From the NCBI GenBank assembly GCA_964531715.1, contig CAZHEE010000002.1, positions 97,676 through 161,675 of the forward strand: a DNA stretch of 64,000 nt, given 5' to 3'. Positions 16,702 through 27,133 of the stretch are shown piece after piece; the first letter of the stretch is position 1; each line of letters opens with the position of its first letter. The notes under the pieces were generated by a model. The model made no database searches and was not told where the DNA came from. It was given only the letters and a program-made list of their open reading frames with translations. The position numbers and the translations under genes are program-made. The stretch comes from an uncultured Micavibrio sp. (lineage in GTDB: Bacteria > Pseudomonadota > Alphaproteobacteria > Micavibrionales > UBA1664).

Positions 16702-17838
16702 TTAGGCTACTTTAACTTTCTTCCCTACCTCAATCTCTTGCGCTTTTTCCTCCACCATCTCCGCGATATGGTCAACGATAGACTTATCACCGCTATTAAA
16801 CCGATGCGCCTTTTCCCCGCCGATATAAATTTGATGATTATCCGCGCCGCCGCCTGTCAGGCCGATATCGGTCATGAGCGCCTCTCCCGGGCCATTGACG
16901 ACACAGCCGATAATTGAAACCGTCATGGGTGTTGTGATATGGGCGAGGCGTTCTTCAAGTGCCACAACCGTATCAATCACTTGAAATTGCTGGCGGGCGC
17001 AGGATGGGCAGGAGATGATATTCACCCCGCGATGGCGCAAACCCAGCGATTTCAGGATATCAAACCCAACCTTAATTTCCTCGACCGGGTCGGCAGACAG
17101 CGAAACGCGGATCGTATCCCCTATCCCGCTCCATAACAAATTACCAAGCCCTATCGCCGATTTCACCGTTCCGGTTCTTAAGCCCCCAGCCTCGGTTATA
17201 CCTAAATGAAGTGGATAGTCGCACGCCTCGGCCAGTTGTTGATAGGCGGCGCATGCCATAAACACATCCGAGGCCTTACAGGAGATTTTGAAATTAAAAA
17301 AATCATGATCTTCCAAAATCTGAATATGGCGCATAGCGGATTCAACCATCGCATCGGGGCAAGGCTCCCCATATTTCTCCAGTAAATCGCGTTCAAGGCT
17401 GCCGGCATTCACGCCAATCCGAATGGCGCAATTATTGTCTTTGGCGGCGTTAATGACCTCACGTACACGTAACTCATCCCCAATATTACCCGGATTAATC
17501 CGCAAGCAAGCCGCGCCGTTTTTCGCGGCCTCAACCCCTCTTTTATAATGAAAATGAATGTCGGCGACAATCGGCACTGTGACCTCGGGGATAATGTCTC
17601 TAAGCGCGGCGGAGGATTCTTCATCCGGGCAGGAGACACGAACAATATCCGCGCCTGCAATTTCCAAATCGCGAATTTGCTTGATTGTGGCAGGCACATC
17701 ATGGGTGAGCGTGTTGGTCATAGACTGCACGGTGATAGGCGCATCACCACCGACAGGGACGTTGCCGACCATAATCTGGCGACTTTTCCGCCGCTCAACC
17801 ATCCGCCACGGGCGATGCATCATATGTGCTTCAGTCAT
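16702..17838 (-). CDS. ispG: 4-hydroxy-3-methylbut-2-en-1-yl diphosphate synthase
   Basis: 378 aa. TIM-barrel N-terminal part and the C-terminal Cys cluster SCPSCARQ...GCVVNGPGE. Confidence 0.9.
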   Translation of the reverse strand: MTEAHMMHRPWRMVERRKSRQIMVGNVPVGGDAPITVQSMTNTLTHDVPATIKQIRDLEIAGADIVRVSCPDEESSAALRDIIPEVTVPIVADIHFHYKRGVEAAKNGAACLRINPGNIGDELRVREVINAAKDNNCAIRIGVNAGSLERDLLEKYGEPCPDAMVESAMRHIQILEDHDFFNFKISCKASDVFMACAAYQQLAEACDYPLHLGITEAGGLRTGTVKSAIGLGNLLWSGIGDTIRVSLSADPVEEIKVGFDILKSLGLRHRGVNIISCPSCARQQFQVIDTVVALEERLAHITTPMTVSIIGCVVNGPGEALMTDIGLTGGGADNHQIYIGGEKAHRFNSGDKSIVDHIAEMVEEKAQEIEVGKKVKVA

Positions 17839-17918
17839 TTTATATTAATGTCTTATTTTTTTAGGGCTTGCAATTAATTTCTATTTTCTATATGGAAATA
17901 GAAAAAGGATGATTTAAT

Positions 17919-18254
17919 ATGGTTTTATATTTAGCAGAAAGAGAAACTAAGACAGAAAAAAAAGCAAAGAGACCTGATCAATATCAGGTTGAGCTTTCGT
18001 TTAATATCAGTTCAGGATTTTTAGTGCTGACTGGATGTCACTTGATAGTGTTAATGAAAGTTTTTAAAAAAACTCAAGAAGAAGCTGAACGACATTATGA
18101 GGAAACAATTTTAAAGGGTCAATCTGCCGTACTTGTAACAACAGAGGAAGTTGCACAAGAAAAGTGCACCCAAGCATTGGATGAAGTTTGCGCTCATGCT
18201 GACCATAATCCCTTTATAATTTCTACTCTATTTAGAGTTAGAAGAGCACCTTAA
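17919..18254 (+). CDS. Divergent ClpS-like adaptor protein
   Basis: 111 aa. Aligns by eye to ClpS blocks (QYQVEL ~ MYKVIL; VLMKVF ~ VLQKFF; EEAERH..KGQSAVLVTTEEVAQEK ~ ERATQL..QGKAICGVFTAEVAETK) but lacks the DDYTPMEFV N-degron pocket motif. Confidence 0.45.
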   Translation: MVLYLAERETKTEKKAKRPDQYQVELSFNISSGFLVLTGCHLIVLMKVFKKTQEEAERHYEETILKGQSAVLVTTEEVAQEKCTQALDEVCAHADHNPFIISTLFRVRRAP

Positions 18255-18261
18255 ACAAAGC

Positions 18262-19185
18262 CTAACCGCCATTCCTCAACCTTAATGCCTGAACTGATAG
18301 TGGGCGGTTGCGAAGAACCTGCGCAGGTTCGCCCATGACACCGAGGCTTTCCCCATCGAGGAAAATTTCGATACCGCCGGCATTGCCTGTGGTGAAGAGG
18401 ACATCCTGCCCCTCCGCTATATAAAACACATCACCTTGGCGCAGGGTTCGGGTGAAAATCTCTAGCCGCCTGTCCAGCGGTTGAATTTGAACCCAGCTCT
18501 CTGAAATTGCTTTAATGGCAAGTGGCGCCTCAAGCGCATCCGCACCATAGGCCACCCTGCCTTCATCCGGCATCACGGCCGGCATTATCGGTTCAGGGCT
18601 ATCTGCCTCACTATCGGCCACGATCACTTCATCGGCGGCAGGGCTTTCAAATTCTTCTTTATTTATAATATGCTCCTCAAGCATTTCAGGCGGCACTTCA
18701 GGAACGCTGATTTGGTTTGTCCTGTTCGATGGTGTAAATAGCCATATAACAAGCACGACAAACATCACTAACGCCAGTATCGCGGCAACCAATGCCGAAA
18801 TTATCGCAGGGATAACCTGATATTTCTGTAACATCGCCTCATAAAGGGATAAAGTCTTGCCCTCCGCATAGACAAAAGATTTATGTTGCTCAACCTGACC
18901 TTTGCCGTAAAACTGAACTTTGAAAAGATAAGCCATTTTTTCGGAATCAAGCTCCAATATATCGGCATAAGCACGGACAAAGCCGACAGCATAGACTTTC
19001 GGCGGCAAGGCATTCACATCATCCGCCTCTATTGCCTCCAAATGGGTTGAACCGATATTCAGATGCGTTGCAATGTCGTGAAGCGCGAAACCTTTGGCTT
19101 TGCGCGCCTTTTGAAATATCTGCCCCACACTCATGCCCGAGTATGTATCCAGAGTTTGCCTGTCATTAGGTGAAAGGTTATTCAT
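18262..19185 (-). CDS. rodZ: RodZ-like HTH / transmembrane cytoskeleton protein
   Basis: 307 aa. N-terminal XRE-type HTH (IFQKARKAKGFALHDIATHLNI), a single TM segment, and a C-terminal beta-rich domain. Adjacent to ispG as in many proteobacteria. Confidence 0.6.
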   Translation of the reverse strand: MNNLSPNDRQTLDTYSGMSVGQIFQKARKAKGFALHDIATHLNIGSTHLEAIEADDVNALPPKVYAVGFVRAYADILELDSEKMAYLFKVQFYGKGQVEQHKSFVYAEGKTLSLYEAMLQKYQVIPAIISALVAAILALVMFVVLVIWLFTPSNRTNQISVPEVPPEMLEEHIINKEEFESPAADEVIVADSEADSPEPIMPAVMPDEGRVAYGADALEAPLAIKAISESWVQIQPLDRRLEIFTRTLRQGDVFYIAEGQDVLFTTGNAGGIEIFLDGESLGVMGEPAQVLRNRPLSVQALRLRNGG

Positions 19186-19250
19186 CGCGGTTTCAAGGTT
19201 ATATGATTTTTTTCATTTCATAAAGGTGGCTTCATCGGCTATAAAAAACT

Positions 19251-19979
19251 ATGAATCATGTAAATACAGATGAAATTAGTAAGTTCGAAAATATGGCCGA
19301 ACAATGGTGGGATGAAAGTGGCCCATTAAAACCTTTGCATAAGCTGAACCCGACTCGGATTCACTATATCCGCCATCAGATTTATGAACATTTTGATCGA
19401 GATACGATAGATGGGCTGAACATTCTTGATGTCGGGTGCGGAGGGGGTTTGGCTTGCGAGCCTTTATGTCGCCTCGGCGCAAAAGTCACAGGCATTGATG
19501 CCGGCGAAAAAGCGATTGCGGTTGCAAAAGCTCACGCGGATGAAAGCGGGCTTGAGATTGATTATCACTGTCAAACCTCGCATGAGCATAAAGGGCAATA
19601 TGATGTTATCCTCGCACTTGAAATTATCGAACATCTGGATGATATACCCGCCTTTATTGCAAGTTTGACAAAGCTCCTCAAAAAAGATGGACTTATTATA
19701 TTCTCAACCCTAAATCGGACGGCGAAATCATTCGTACTCGGGATTATCGGCGCGGAATATATCATGCGCTGGCTGCCGAAAGGCACACATAATTGGAAAA
19801 AATTTGTGAAACCATCGGAGTTGGCTGGTTATGCCGAAGATTACAGTCTGAAAGTGAAAGATATTACAGGCCTTGTCTATAACCCACTCATAGATGTATT
19901 TTCACTGTCTGACAGTGATATTGATGTGAATTATTTTATGAGTGCAACACGAAATCTTGAAAAACAAGCCTCAAAGTGA
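19251..19979 (+). CDS. ubiG: Ubiquinone biosynthesis O-methyltransferase
   Basis: 242 aa: WWDESGPLKPLHKLNPTR, SAM motif ILDVGCGGGL, and the WLPKGTHNWKKF block. Confidence 0.85.
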   Translation: MNHVNTDEISKFENMAEQWWDESGPLKPLHKLNPTRIHYIRHQIYEHFDRDTIDGLNILDVGCGGGLACEPLCRLGAKVTGIDAGEKAIAVAKAHADESGLEIDYHCQTSHEHKGQYDVILALEIIEHLDDIPAFIASLTKLLKKDGLIIFSTLNRTAKSFVLGIIGAEYIMRWLPKGTHNWKKFVKPSELAGYAEDYSLKVKDITGLVYNPLIDVFSLSDSDIDVNYFMSATRNLEKQASK

Positions 19980-20006
19980 TATCATACTATAAAGGAGTGA
20001 TATCAC
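19976..20006 (+). promoter_or_regulatory. Putative VapB operator: two GTGATATCA copies 21 bp apart
   Basis: GTGATATCA at 19976..19984 and 19997..20005, each containing the palindrome TGATATCA. The second overlaps the vapB RBS AAGGAG. Confidence 0.45.
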
Positions 20007-20007
20007 A

Positions 20008-20253
20008 ATGGATCGCATTATAATTAGTATGGAAAAGGATCAAATTCAAGCCATTGATGCTATGGCATCGGCAGAAAATATCTCGCGGGCTGAATTTATT
20101 CGCCGTAAATTGCAAATTGAATGCGAGAATACTTCTGAAAGCGACCTCAAAGGCTCTGAGTTTTTTGGCATTGCTAAAGAAAAAAACTGGTGGAATGGGG
20201 ATAATGCCATTGATTATCAACATCATATTCGGTCTGAATGGAATGATGAATGA
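20008..20253 (+). CDS. vapB: Ribbon-helix-helix antitoxin (VapB-like)
   Basis: 81 aa. RHH-like N-terminus (RIIISMEKDQIQAIDAMASAENISRAEFIRRKL). Has a 4-nt ATGA overlap with the PIN gene. Confidence 0.65.
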   Translation: MDRIIISMEKDQIQAIDAMASAENISRAEFIRRKLQIECENTSESDLKGSEFFGIAKEKNWWNGDNAIDYQHHIRSEWNDE

Positions 20254-20621
20254 AGAATAATAGCCTCTATTTGTTCGATACAAATATACTCATTTCTTAT
20301 GCCAATGGTGATGAACAAGCCAAAAATATTCTTGAAAACACTCAAAATAAGTCAATCAGTGTAATTAGCATAACAGAATTTCTTTCAGGAATTCCAAAAT
20401 GTGAGCACTCGAATGCATGTAAATTTTTAAAGATAAATTTCACAATTTTAGATGTTACTTTTAATTGCGCAAAACATGCCGCTAAACTTCGCCAGACGCT
20501 TCGGCTTAAAACTCCAGATGCGCTCATCTATGCAACGGCTTTAGAGAATAATGCAATTTTGGTTACAAAGGATAAAAAAGATTTTGATATAAATTGGCAA
20601 AATGTTTTTATTCTGAGCTGA
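20250..20621 (+). CDS. vapC: PIN-domain toxin (VapC-like)
   Basis: 123 aa with the conserved acidic positions LFDTN, ITEFL, TPDALI and VTKDKKDF. Confidence 0.75.
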   Translation: MKNNSLYLFDTNILISYANGDEQAKNILENTQNKSISVISITEFLSGIPKCEHSNACKFLKINFTILDVTFNCAKHAAKLRQTLRLKTPDALIYATALENNAILVTKDKKDFDINWQNVFILS

Positions 20622-20673
20622 TAAATCAAAATAATCCCTGTTCAAATCCTATGACTCACTTATCTTATTAGAT

Positions 20674-20868
20674 ATGAGTGGAATATTTTTTATTTTAATG
20701 CTGGTTGCCATGGGGTTAACGCTCATCGCGCTTGCGGTTGGTATAATCATGATGGGTAAGGGCGGCGAAGCCAATATCAAAAACGGCAACAAATTTATGA
20801 AGGCACGTGTTGTATTGCAAGGCGTTGCACTCGCCTTTTTCGCGCTGACTATTTTAACTTCTGTTTAA
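20674..20868 (+). CDS. Twin-transmembrane HIG1-domain small protein
   Basis: 64 aa with two hydrophobic helices separated by GKGGEANIKNGNKFMKARV. Confidence 0.55.
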   Translation: MSGIFFILMLVAMGLTLIALAVGIIMMGKGGEANIKNGNKFMKARVVLQGVALAFFALTILTSV

Positions 20869-20894
20869 CCTCCTCCCGATAATATGAGAAAACC

Positions 20895-21644
20895 ATGAAA
20901 ATACTTGTCCCTGTCAAAAGAGTGATTGATTACAACGTTAAAGTCCGTGTGAAAGTGGATGGGAGCGGTGTAGAGACCGCCAACGTCAAAATGTCAATGA
21001 ACCCGTTTGACGAAATCGCGATTGAAGAGGCCGTCCGCTTAAAAGAATCGGGCAAAGCCGACCAAGTGGTTGTTATCTCTATCGGGCCTTCCCAAGCGCA
21101 GGAGACCTTACGTACAGCGATGGCGATTGGTGCGGATGAAGGCATTCTTATCCAAACAAATGATGAGGTTGAGCCGCTCAATGTAGCGAAGCTCCTCAAA
21201 GCCGTGATAGAAGAGCAATCCCCCGACCTCGTGATTATGGGGAAACAAGCGATTGACGATGATTCGAACCAGACAGGGCAAATGCTCGCCGCTCTCCTTG
21301 GGTGGGGGCAGGCAACGTTTGCTTCCAAAATTGAAATTGATAGTGATACGGCCAATGTGACACGTGAAATTGATGGCGGGTTGCAAACCTTGGCCGTCAA
21401 AACACCTTGCATTATTACAACCGATTTAAGGTTGAACGAGCCGCGTTATGCTTCCCTGCCCAATATTATGAAGGCAAAGAAAAAGCCGCTTGAGACAAAA
21501 TCGCCTGATGATTATGGCGTCGCAATTGAAAGCCGTGTTCAAGTTCTAAAAGTTGAAGAACCGCCTGTACGCAGTGGCGGCGTTAGGGTTGCAAGTGTAG
21601 ATGAGCTCATAGACAAACTCAAAAACGAAGCAAAGGTGTTGTAG
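20895..21644 (+). CDS. etfB: Electron transfer flavoprotein beta subunit
   Basis: 249 aa: [46 protein letters not shown]. Confidence 0.95.
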   Translation: MKILVPVKRVIDYNVKVRVKVDGSGVETANVKMSMNPFDEIAIEEAVRLKESGKADQVVVISIGPSQAQETLRTAMAIGADEGILIQTNDEVEPLNVAKLLKAVIEEQSPDLVIMGKQAIDDDSNQTGQMLAALLGWGQATFASKIEIDSDTANVTREIDGGLQTLAVKTPCIITTDLRLNEPRYASLPNIMKAKKKPLETKSPDDYGVAIESRVQVLKVEEPPVRSGGVRVASVDELIDKLKNEAKVL

Positions 21645-22580
21645 ATGTCAATTTTAGTTATAGCCGGGCATGATAATACTCACATCTCCGATGCAACTCT
21701 CTCAACGATTGCGGCGGCAAAAGAGATTGGCGGTGAGATAACGCTTCTGGTTTTAGGTCATGATTGTTACGATGCCGCAAATGATGCCAAATCAATAGAT
21801 GGCGTGGCTAAGGTCCTCAAATCAGACAGCGATATTTATAAATATAATCGCGCTGAAGTGATTGCCGATGCGGTTGTAAGCCTTGCTAAAGATAGCAGCT
21901 ATACCCATATTCTCGCGCCAGGTACAACGTTCGGGAAAAACATCCTACCGCGCATTGCGGCCTTGCTCGACACGCAACAGATCACGGATATTATCGCGGT
22001 TGAAAGTGCAGATACTTTTCAACGTCCAATTTATGGCGGGCAAGCCATCGCAACCGTTCAAATGAAAGACGAACTAAAGCTTATGACCGTTCGTGCAACC
22101 GCTTTCAACAAGGCCGAAAAAGGCAATGGTTCTGCCGCAATAGAAGATGTTCCTGCCGTTAGTGACAACGACCTGTCCCAATTTATCGGCGAAGAACTTT
22201 CGCAATCAGAGCGTCCTGACTTGACCTCGGCCTCAATTGTCATTTCTGGCGGGCGGGGTGTCGGTTCAAAAGAAAACTTCGATATTGTTGAGCAATTAGC
22301 CGATAAACTCGGTGCGGCGGTGGGCGCGTCTCGCGCGGCCGTTGATGCAGGCTATATCTCAAACGATTATCAGGTTGGGCAAACAGGGAAAGCCGTTGCA
22401 CCTGATCTCTATATCGCAATCGGCATTTCTGGCGCGATTCAACATATGGCGGGGATGAAAGACTCAAAAATCATCGTTGCAATTAATAAAGATGAGGATG
22501 CCCCGATTTTTCAAGCCGCGGACTACGGCCTCGTCGCCGATTTATTTGAGGCTGTGCCTGAGTTAATTGAAAAATTATAA
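21645..22580 (+). CDS. etfA: Electron transfer flavoprotein alpha subunit
   Basis: 311 aa. C-terminal FAD motif VGQTGKAVAPDLYIAIGISGAIQHMAGM. Start abuts the etfB stop. Confidence 0.95.
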   Translation: MSILVIAGHDNTHISDATLSTIAAAKEIGGEITLLVLGHDCYDAANDAKSIDGVAKVLKSDSDIYKYNRAEVIADAVVSLAKDSSYTHILAPGTTFGKNILPRIAALLDTQQITDIIAVESADTFQRPIYGGQAIATVQMKDELKLMTVRATAFNKAEKGNGSAAIEDVPAVSDNDLSQFIGEELSQSERPDLTSASIVISGGRGVGSKENFDIVEQLADKLGAAVGASRAAVDAGYISNDYQVGQTGKAVAPDLYIAIGISGAIQHMAGMKDSKIIVAINKDEDAPIFQAADYGLVADLFEAVPELIEKL

Positions 22581-22597
22581 TCTGTAAGGCTATAGTT

Positions 22598-23239
22598 TTA
22601 ATATTTAGGATTGGAAACATCCGCATCACGAATATAGAATGCTTCCGCTTTATGAAATTCTATCGTTTCATTTTGAATTGATTTAATCAGAGCCTTTAAA
22701 TTAATTGAGTCTTGTTGAAAGTTATTAAGAGAAATATGTTTTGCTTCATTCAAAAACCGCTCAACCGCATCTCCTGTTATACTATCAATCTGATTATTCT
22801 CAATAAGTGCATCAATAGCCGTTAAAGAGAAACAATGCGCTTCATTGGTAGCCTGACTATCTTTATCAAAAATCTGGCAGTAATAATCCTGCCGTTTGGT
22901 TTCAATGAGTACAAGTTTTTTTCCCTTGCTCTCACATCCAAATGCAAAAGCCTGCAATGTGGTCACGCCATGGACAGGCACCTGTAGGCTATAGCCGATA
23001 AACCGCGCAACGGTCAGACCAACACGCAACCCGGTGAAAGATCCTGGACCTATCGTTGTATAAACCGCCCTGATCTGTTGCGGTTTAATAGCATTTGCCT
23101 TTGCCATATCCTCATAAAGAGGTAGCAATTGCTCGGCATGGCCGCGCGCTATATCAACCTGTCGCATATCAATAACTTTTTTATCATTAAAAAAGGCAAT
23201 ACCGCAGCCATGGACAGCCGTATCTATCAAAATATGCAT
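22598..23239 (-). CDS. tsaB: tRNA t6A37 biosynthesis protein TsaB
   Basis: 213 aa: ILIDTAVHGCGIAF...TIGPGSFTGLRVGLTVA. Confidence 0.7.
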   Translation of the reverse strand: MHILIDTAVHGCGIAFFNDKKVIDMRQVDIARGHAEQLLPLYEDMAKANAIKPQQIRAVYTTIGPGSFTGLRVGLTVARFIGYSLQVPVHGVTTLQAFAFGCESKGKKLVLIETKRQDYYCQIFDKDSQATNEAHCFSLTAIDALIENNQIDSITGDAVERFLNEAKHISLNNFQQDSINLKALIKSIQNETIEFHKAEAFYIRDADVSNPKY

Positions 23240-23241
23240 TA

Positions 23242-23796
23242 TTACAACACTTGGCGGACTTCGGTAACTTCCGGAACGAAATGCCGCATCATATTCTCAA
23301 TCCCTTGTTTAAGAGTCATTGTCGCGGACGGGCATCCCGCGCATGCGCCGCGCATATGCAGGTATAAAACGCCATCTTCAAAACGGTCAAAAACAATGTC
23401 ACCGCCGTCATTGGCAACGGCGGGGCGTACCCGCTCATCCAGAATTGCGTTAATTTGGACGATAATCGGGTCGCTATAATCCACATCTTGCAAATCCTTT
23501 ACGGCCTCGGCATCAACGGCAGGAAGGCCGCTCAAAGCGTGATCCATGATTGTCGCCAGAACGCGAGGCTTTATTGTGTCCCAATCGGCATCATCCTGCT
23601 TCGTCACGCTGACAAAATCTTTGCCGAGATAAACGCCCTCAACCCCGTCAATTTCGAACAGCATCTTACCCAGCGGTGAGATTTTCATCGCTTCCTCAAC
23701 CGCGCGGAAATCAAATGTTCCTTGGGGTGAGACATCCGTTCCGGGTATGAATTTCACGGCGTTGGGGTTTGGTGTAGATTCGGTTTGTATGAACAT
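23242..23796 (-). CDS. NifU-family Fe-S cluster protein (Nfu N-terminal + NifU C-terminal domains)
   Basis: 184 aa: MFIQTESTPNPNAVKFIPG and the CxxC motif GACAGCPSATMTLKQGIE. Confidence 0.8.
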   Translation of the reverse strand: MFIQTESTPNPNAVKFIPGTDVSPQGTFDFRAVEEAMKISPLGKMLFEIDGVEGVYLGKDFVSVTKQDDADWDTIKPRVLATIMDHALSGLPAVDAEAVKDLQDVDYSDPIIVQINAILDERVRPAVANDGGDIVFDRFEDGVLYLHMRGACAGCPSATMTLKQGIENMMRHFVPEVTEVRQVL

Positions 23797-23909
23797 GGCT
23801 CTTAGTCTTTGGCTGTTGGTTATTGGTTATTTATAGAATAATAAAAGCATAAAAGTAATTACTTTTATAAGTATCATTTTATCTTAACACGAAGTTCGCG
23901 AAGTTTTTT

Positions 23910-23950
23910 GAAGTTGTCGCGAAGATTTATTTCTGCTTCGCGTCGACTTC
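23910..23950. repeat. Imperfect 15-bp-stem hairpin built from GAAGT..CGCGAAG units
   Basis: GAAGTTGTCGCGAAG-(11 nt)-CTTCGCGTCGACTTC, with further half-copies at 23891 and 23961. Confidence 0.5.
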
Positions 23951-23977
23951 TTTTTCTTTCCTTCTTCGCGTTAGAAT

Positions 23978-25150
23978 TTAACCCTCAAAATTCAGTGCGG
24001 CGATGGCAGGCAATTCCTTACCCTCCAGCCATTCAAGGAAAGCCCCCCCGGCGGTTGAGACATAGGTCATATCATCAATCACGCCTGCCTTTGCAAGAGC
24101 GGCAACCGTATCCCCTCCCCCTGCAATCACTTTCAGGTCACCTGATCGCACACGTGCCGCCGCATGTTGCGCAACATTGTTCGTTCCTTCGTCAAAGGGC
24201 TCAATCTCAAATGCGCCGAGAGGGCCATTCCAAACAAGCGTTTTACAATTATTAAGAAGCGCATTCATCGCCTCAATCGAGCCATTTCCGATATCCAGAA
24301 CCATACGGTCATGAGGCACAGCCGTCATCGCAACCTCGTCATAAGTGCTTCCTACCTTGAACTCGACCGCGGCCTTACCATCAATCGGCAGGTAGAGGCT
24401 ACACCCCGTTTCCTGCGCTTTTTCAATAATGACGAGGGCCTGGTCTTTCATGTCTTTTTCACAAAGAGACTTGCCCAATTCTGCCCCCATCGCATAGAGA
24501 AAAGTGTTTGCCATACCGCCGCCGAGAATAAGCATATCGACCTTCTCAACCATATTGTGAAGCACATCAAGCTTGGTTGAGATTTTCGCACCACCAACAA
24601 TCGCGGCGACAGGTTTATCAGGATTGCCAAGCGCTTGATTAAGTGCATTCAATTCCTTCTCAAGTGATAACCCTGCATAGGCGGGTAGTGCGTGGGCGAG
24701 GCCTTCCGTTGAACCATGGGCACGGTGAGAGGCAGAAAAAGCATCATTGACAAAAATATCGCCCTCGCCATTGGCAATTTTGGTAACGAAATCAGGGTCA
24801 TTGGCTTCCTCCCCTTCATAAAAACGCACATTTTCCAGGAGGGTTAAATCGCTTGAAGGAGTGGACAAACAATCATCCGTAAAATTAACCTCTACACCCC
24901 ATCTTTTGCTCAATATTTCAGGCAGGAAAGAGAGAGAATAATCCATATTCTTTCGCCCTTTGGGTCGCCCGAAATGGGAAAGAATGGCAATGCGCGCGCC
25001 TTTATCTTTTAGGGTAAGAACAGTCTCTTTAACACGATCTATCCGTGTAAAATCAGTGACTTGCATGTCTTTATTTACGGGAACGTTGAGGTCAAGACGG
25101 AGTAAAACTAACTTTCTCGAAATATCACTTAAATCTTTTAACGTTTTCAT
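23978..25150 (-). CDS. pgk: Phosphoglycerate kinase
   Basis: 390 aa: RLDLNVP, ILSHFGRPKG, FVNDAFSASHRAH, STAGGAFLEWLEGK. Confidence 0.95.
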   Translation of the reverse strand: MKTLKDLSDISRKLVLLRLDLNVPVNKDMQVTDFTRIDRVKETVLTLKDKGARIAILSHFGRPKGRKNMDYSLSFLPEILSKRWGVEVNFTDDCLSTPSSDLTLLENVRFYEGEEANDPDFVTKIANGEGDIFVNDAFSASHRAHGSTEGLAHALPAYAGLSLEKELNALNQALGNPDKPVAAIVGGAKISTKLDVLHNMVEKVDMLILGGGMANTFLYAMGAELGKSLCEKDMKDQALVIIEKAQETGCSLYLPIDGKAAVEFKVGSTYDEVAMTAVPHDRMVLDIGNGSIEAMNALLNNCKTLVWNGPLGAFEIEPFDEGTNNVAQHAAARVRSGDLKVIAGGGDTVAALAKAGVIDDMTYVSTAGGAFLEWLEGKELPAIAALNFEG

Positions 25151-25222
25151 GTTTTATCTTTCTTTCTACAAGTTTGCCCGCCCTCAGAGAGGGGATTAAG
25201 GGGAGGGTGTAAATACCATCGC

Positions 25223-26158
25223 TTACCGTATTGACCGAGCATTATCCGTTGCCATTAAAATACGGTCTTGAATAGCTGGGTCAAGGGCGGAGTGCCCACC
25301 ATCAGGCACAATAATCAAGTCAGACTCAGGCCAAGCCTTATGCAATTTATAGGCATTTTCGAGCGGCGTTATCATGTCATATCGCCCGTGGATAAGAACA
25401 CCCGGAACAGTCCGAAATTTATCAATTAAGTCAGTTATATATTTATCATTTTTAAACAAATGATTTTTAAAATAGTGCGCCTCAATCAATGCCATGACCC
25501 AAACGGCTTGTTTTTCGCTATCCGCCGTGACCGTTCGAAATTGCGGATAAAGTGTTGAGCATGAGCCCTCATAATCGACCCATTGTTCCCCTGCTTGTAA
25601 GCGTCGAGTATCGTTTTGCAACGCTTCATAATAGGATGATAAGATATCCGCCTCATTATGATCACGCGCAAAACGCGCCCAGACTTCAGGAAATATTTTT
25701 CGCATACCGTAGAGAAACCAATCACAATCAGCTTTTGTAAACATTGAAATTGACCGTATCATAAGACTGATACAAATTTGAGGCTCACGTGCGGCGTAAA
25801 GCAAAGCAAGAACAGCCCCCCAAGACCCACCGAAAACATGCCATTTTGATATTTTCAGATGGTTGCGGAGCGCAACTATATCACTCACCAAATGGTCAGG
25901 CGTATTATTTTCAAGCTCAGCCAAAGGTTCGGACCGACCACATCCTCGCTGGTCAAACAAAATGATACGGTAAAAATCAGGGTCGAAAAACCGCCTCAGC
26001 ATGGGGTTTGCCCCCTGCCCCGGCCCACCGTGAAGCACAATGACCGGCACACCGTCCGGATTGCCGCATTGCTCCCAATAAAGCGTATGGATATCGTCAA
26101 CCTTCAAATAACCTGTTGAGAATGGTCGAATATCGAGATAGAGCTTGCGAAAGGCCAT
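25223..26158 (-). CDS. pip: Proline iminopeptidase
   Basis: 311 aa: VLHGGPG, GGSWG nucleophile elbow, C-terminal GGHSA. Confidence 0.8.
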   Translation of the reverse strand: MAFRKLYLDIRPFSTGYLKVDDIHTLYWEQCGNPDGVPVIVLHGGPGQGANPMLRRFFDPDFYRIILFDQRGCGRSEPLAELENNTPDHLVSDIVALRNHLKISKWHVFGGSWGAVLALLYAAREPQICISLMIRSISMFTKADCDWFLYGMRKIFPEVWARFARDHNEADILSSYYEALQNDTRRLQAGEQWVDYEGSCSTLYPQFRTVTADSEKQAVWVMALIEAHYFKNHLFKNDKYITDLIDKFRTVPGVLIHGRYDMITPLENAYKLHKAWPESDLIIVPDGGHSALDPAIQDRILMATDNARSIR

Positions 26159-27124
26159 TTAGTTACCCTCTGTTTCACTCACATCATCTATTGTTAAATT
26201 CGGAAACATTGGAGAATTCGGTAAAACCCGATCCTTAATTGAATCTTCTATAGCACTGTTTTTATTAATTATTTCGTCTTCGTTTGCAATAGTCAGCTCA
26301 TCCAGTAACTGAAGTTGAGAAGGGTCAAAAATCTCAATGTAAGGCCCGTTATACTCCCGCATCCATCCGCGAACACGCACCGCTTGCCCATCCATTTGCA
26401 TGAGGTTATAGCCTGCCTTTGAAAAGTCACGGCGAAGGCCACTGTTTACCGCGATGGTAAAGTCTTTTTTCCAATCTTTATCAAAGTTCAAATATATCAC
26501 GTTATTTCTGGCGGCAACGCGTTCGACAACACCTTCAACGATTGCAAAGCCATCATCTTTATCATCCAAACCCTGATTGTCAAAGATATTGTGAGCATTG
26601 AGAATCTGAAAATTTTTATCAGCCCATAATCCTAGGCCAGCTTCTCGTGCACGATCTTCAGCTTCATAAAGTTTGGCGGCTACAACATTATGGCTTTGGC
26701 TCGGATAGGCGAAGGCAAGCCCTTTTTGAAGCATGTCTTCTTGCAAAAAAACATTATCCTCGCGTAAAATATAGCCCTCAATATGACCAAGGGCATTCGT
26801 TGTTCCGCGACTATTCCCGCGCATCTGAAAAATTGAGACTGTTTCCCCTTTCCAGTTTTCGTCAAGATAGGTTTTGGCTTGGCTCATCGCTTCACTCACA
26901 ACACCACCCATTTCCATCGGGATATAAATGGCAGGCAGGTGAACAGTCTCCGTATTATTAATGACCAGCGTATCGCCGCTAATCACATTTGTGATGACTG
27001 CTTTTGGCTTCGTCATGCTGAAAACTTGCCTAAGCTCATCCCTGACAGAGGCAAGCCCCTCACTTGACATGAAAAAGCCATAGAGTAAAAGAATAACAAG
27101 GAACGGAACATTAATCTTGGGCAT
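26159..27124 (-). CDS. Secreted thermonuclease (SNase)-like protein
   Basis: 321 aa. Signal peptide plus SNase-like blocks VISGDTLVI and AEDRAREAGLGLW. Catalytic residues were not verified. Confidence 0.45.
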   Translation of the reverse strand: MPKINVPFLVILLLYGFFMSSEGLASVRDELRQVFSMTKPKAVITNVISGDTLVINNTETVHLPAIYIPMEMGGVVSEAMSQAKTYLDENWKGETVSIFQMRGNSRGTTNALGHIEGYILREDNVFLQEDMLQKGLAFAYPSQSHNVVAAKLYEAEDRAREAGLGLWADKNFQILNAHNIFDNQGLDDKDDGFAIVEGVVERVAARNNVIYLNFDKDWKKDFTIAVNSGLRRDFSKAGYNLMQMDGQAVRVRGWMREYNGPYIEIFDPSQLQLLDELTIANEDEIINKNSAIEDSIKDRVLPNSPMFPNLTIDDVSETEGN

Positions 27125-27133
27125 TATACAGAC

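Noticed and set aside
23891-23970. The GAAGT..CGCGAAG hairpin cluster as the pgk terminator.
   Set aside because: On the pgk (minus) transcript the hairpin is followed by an A-run, not a U-run. It is kept only as a low-confidence repeat.
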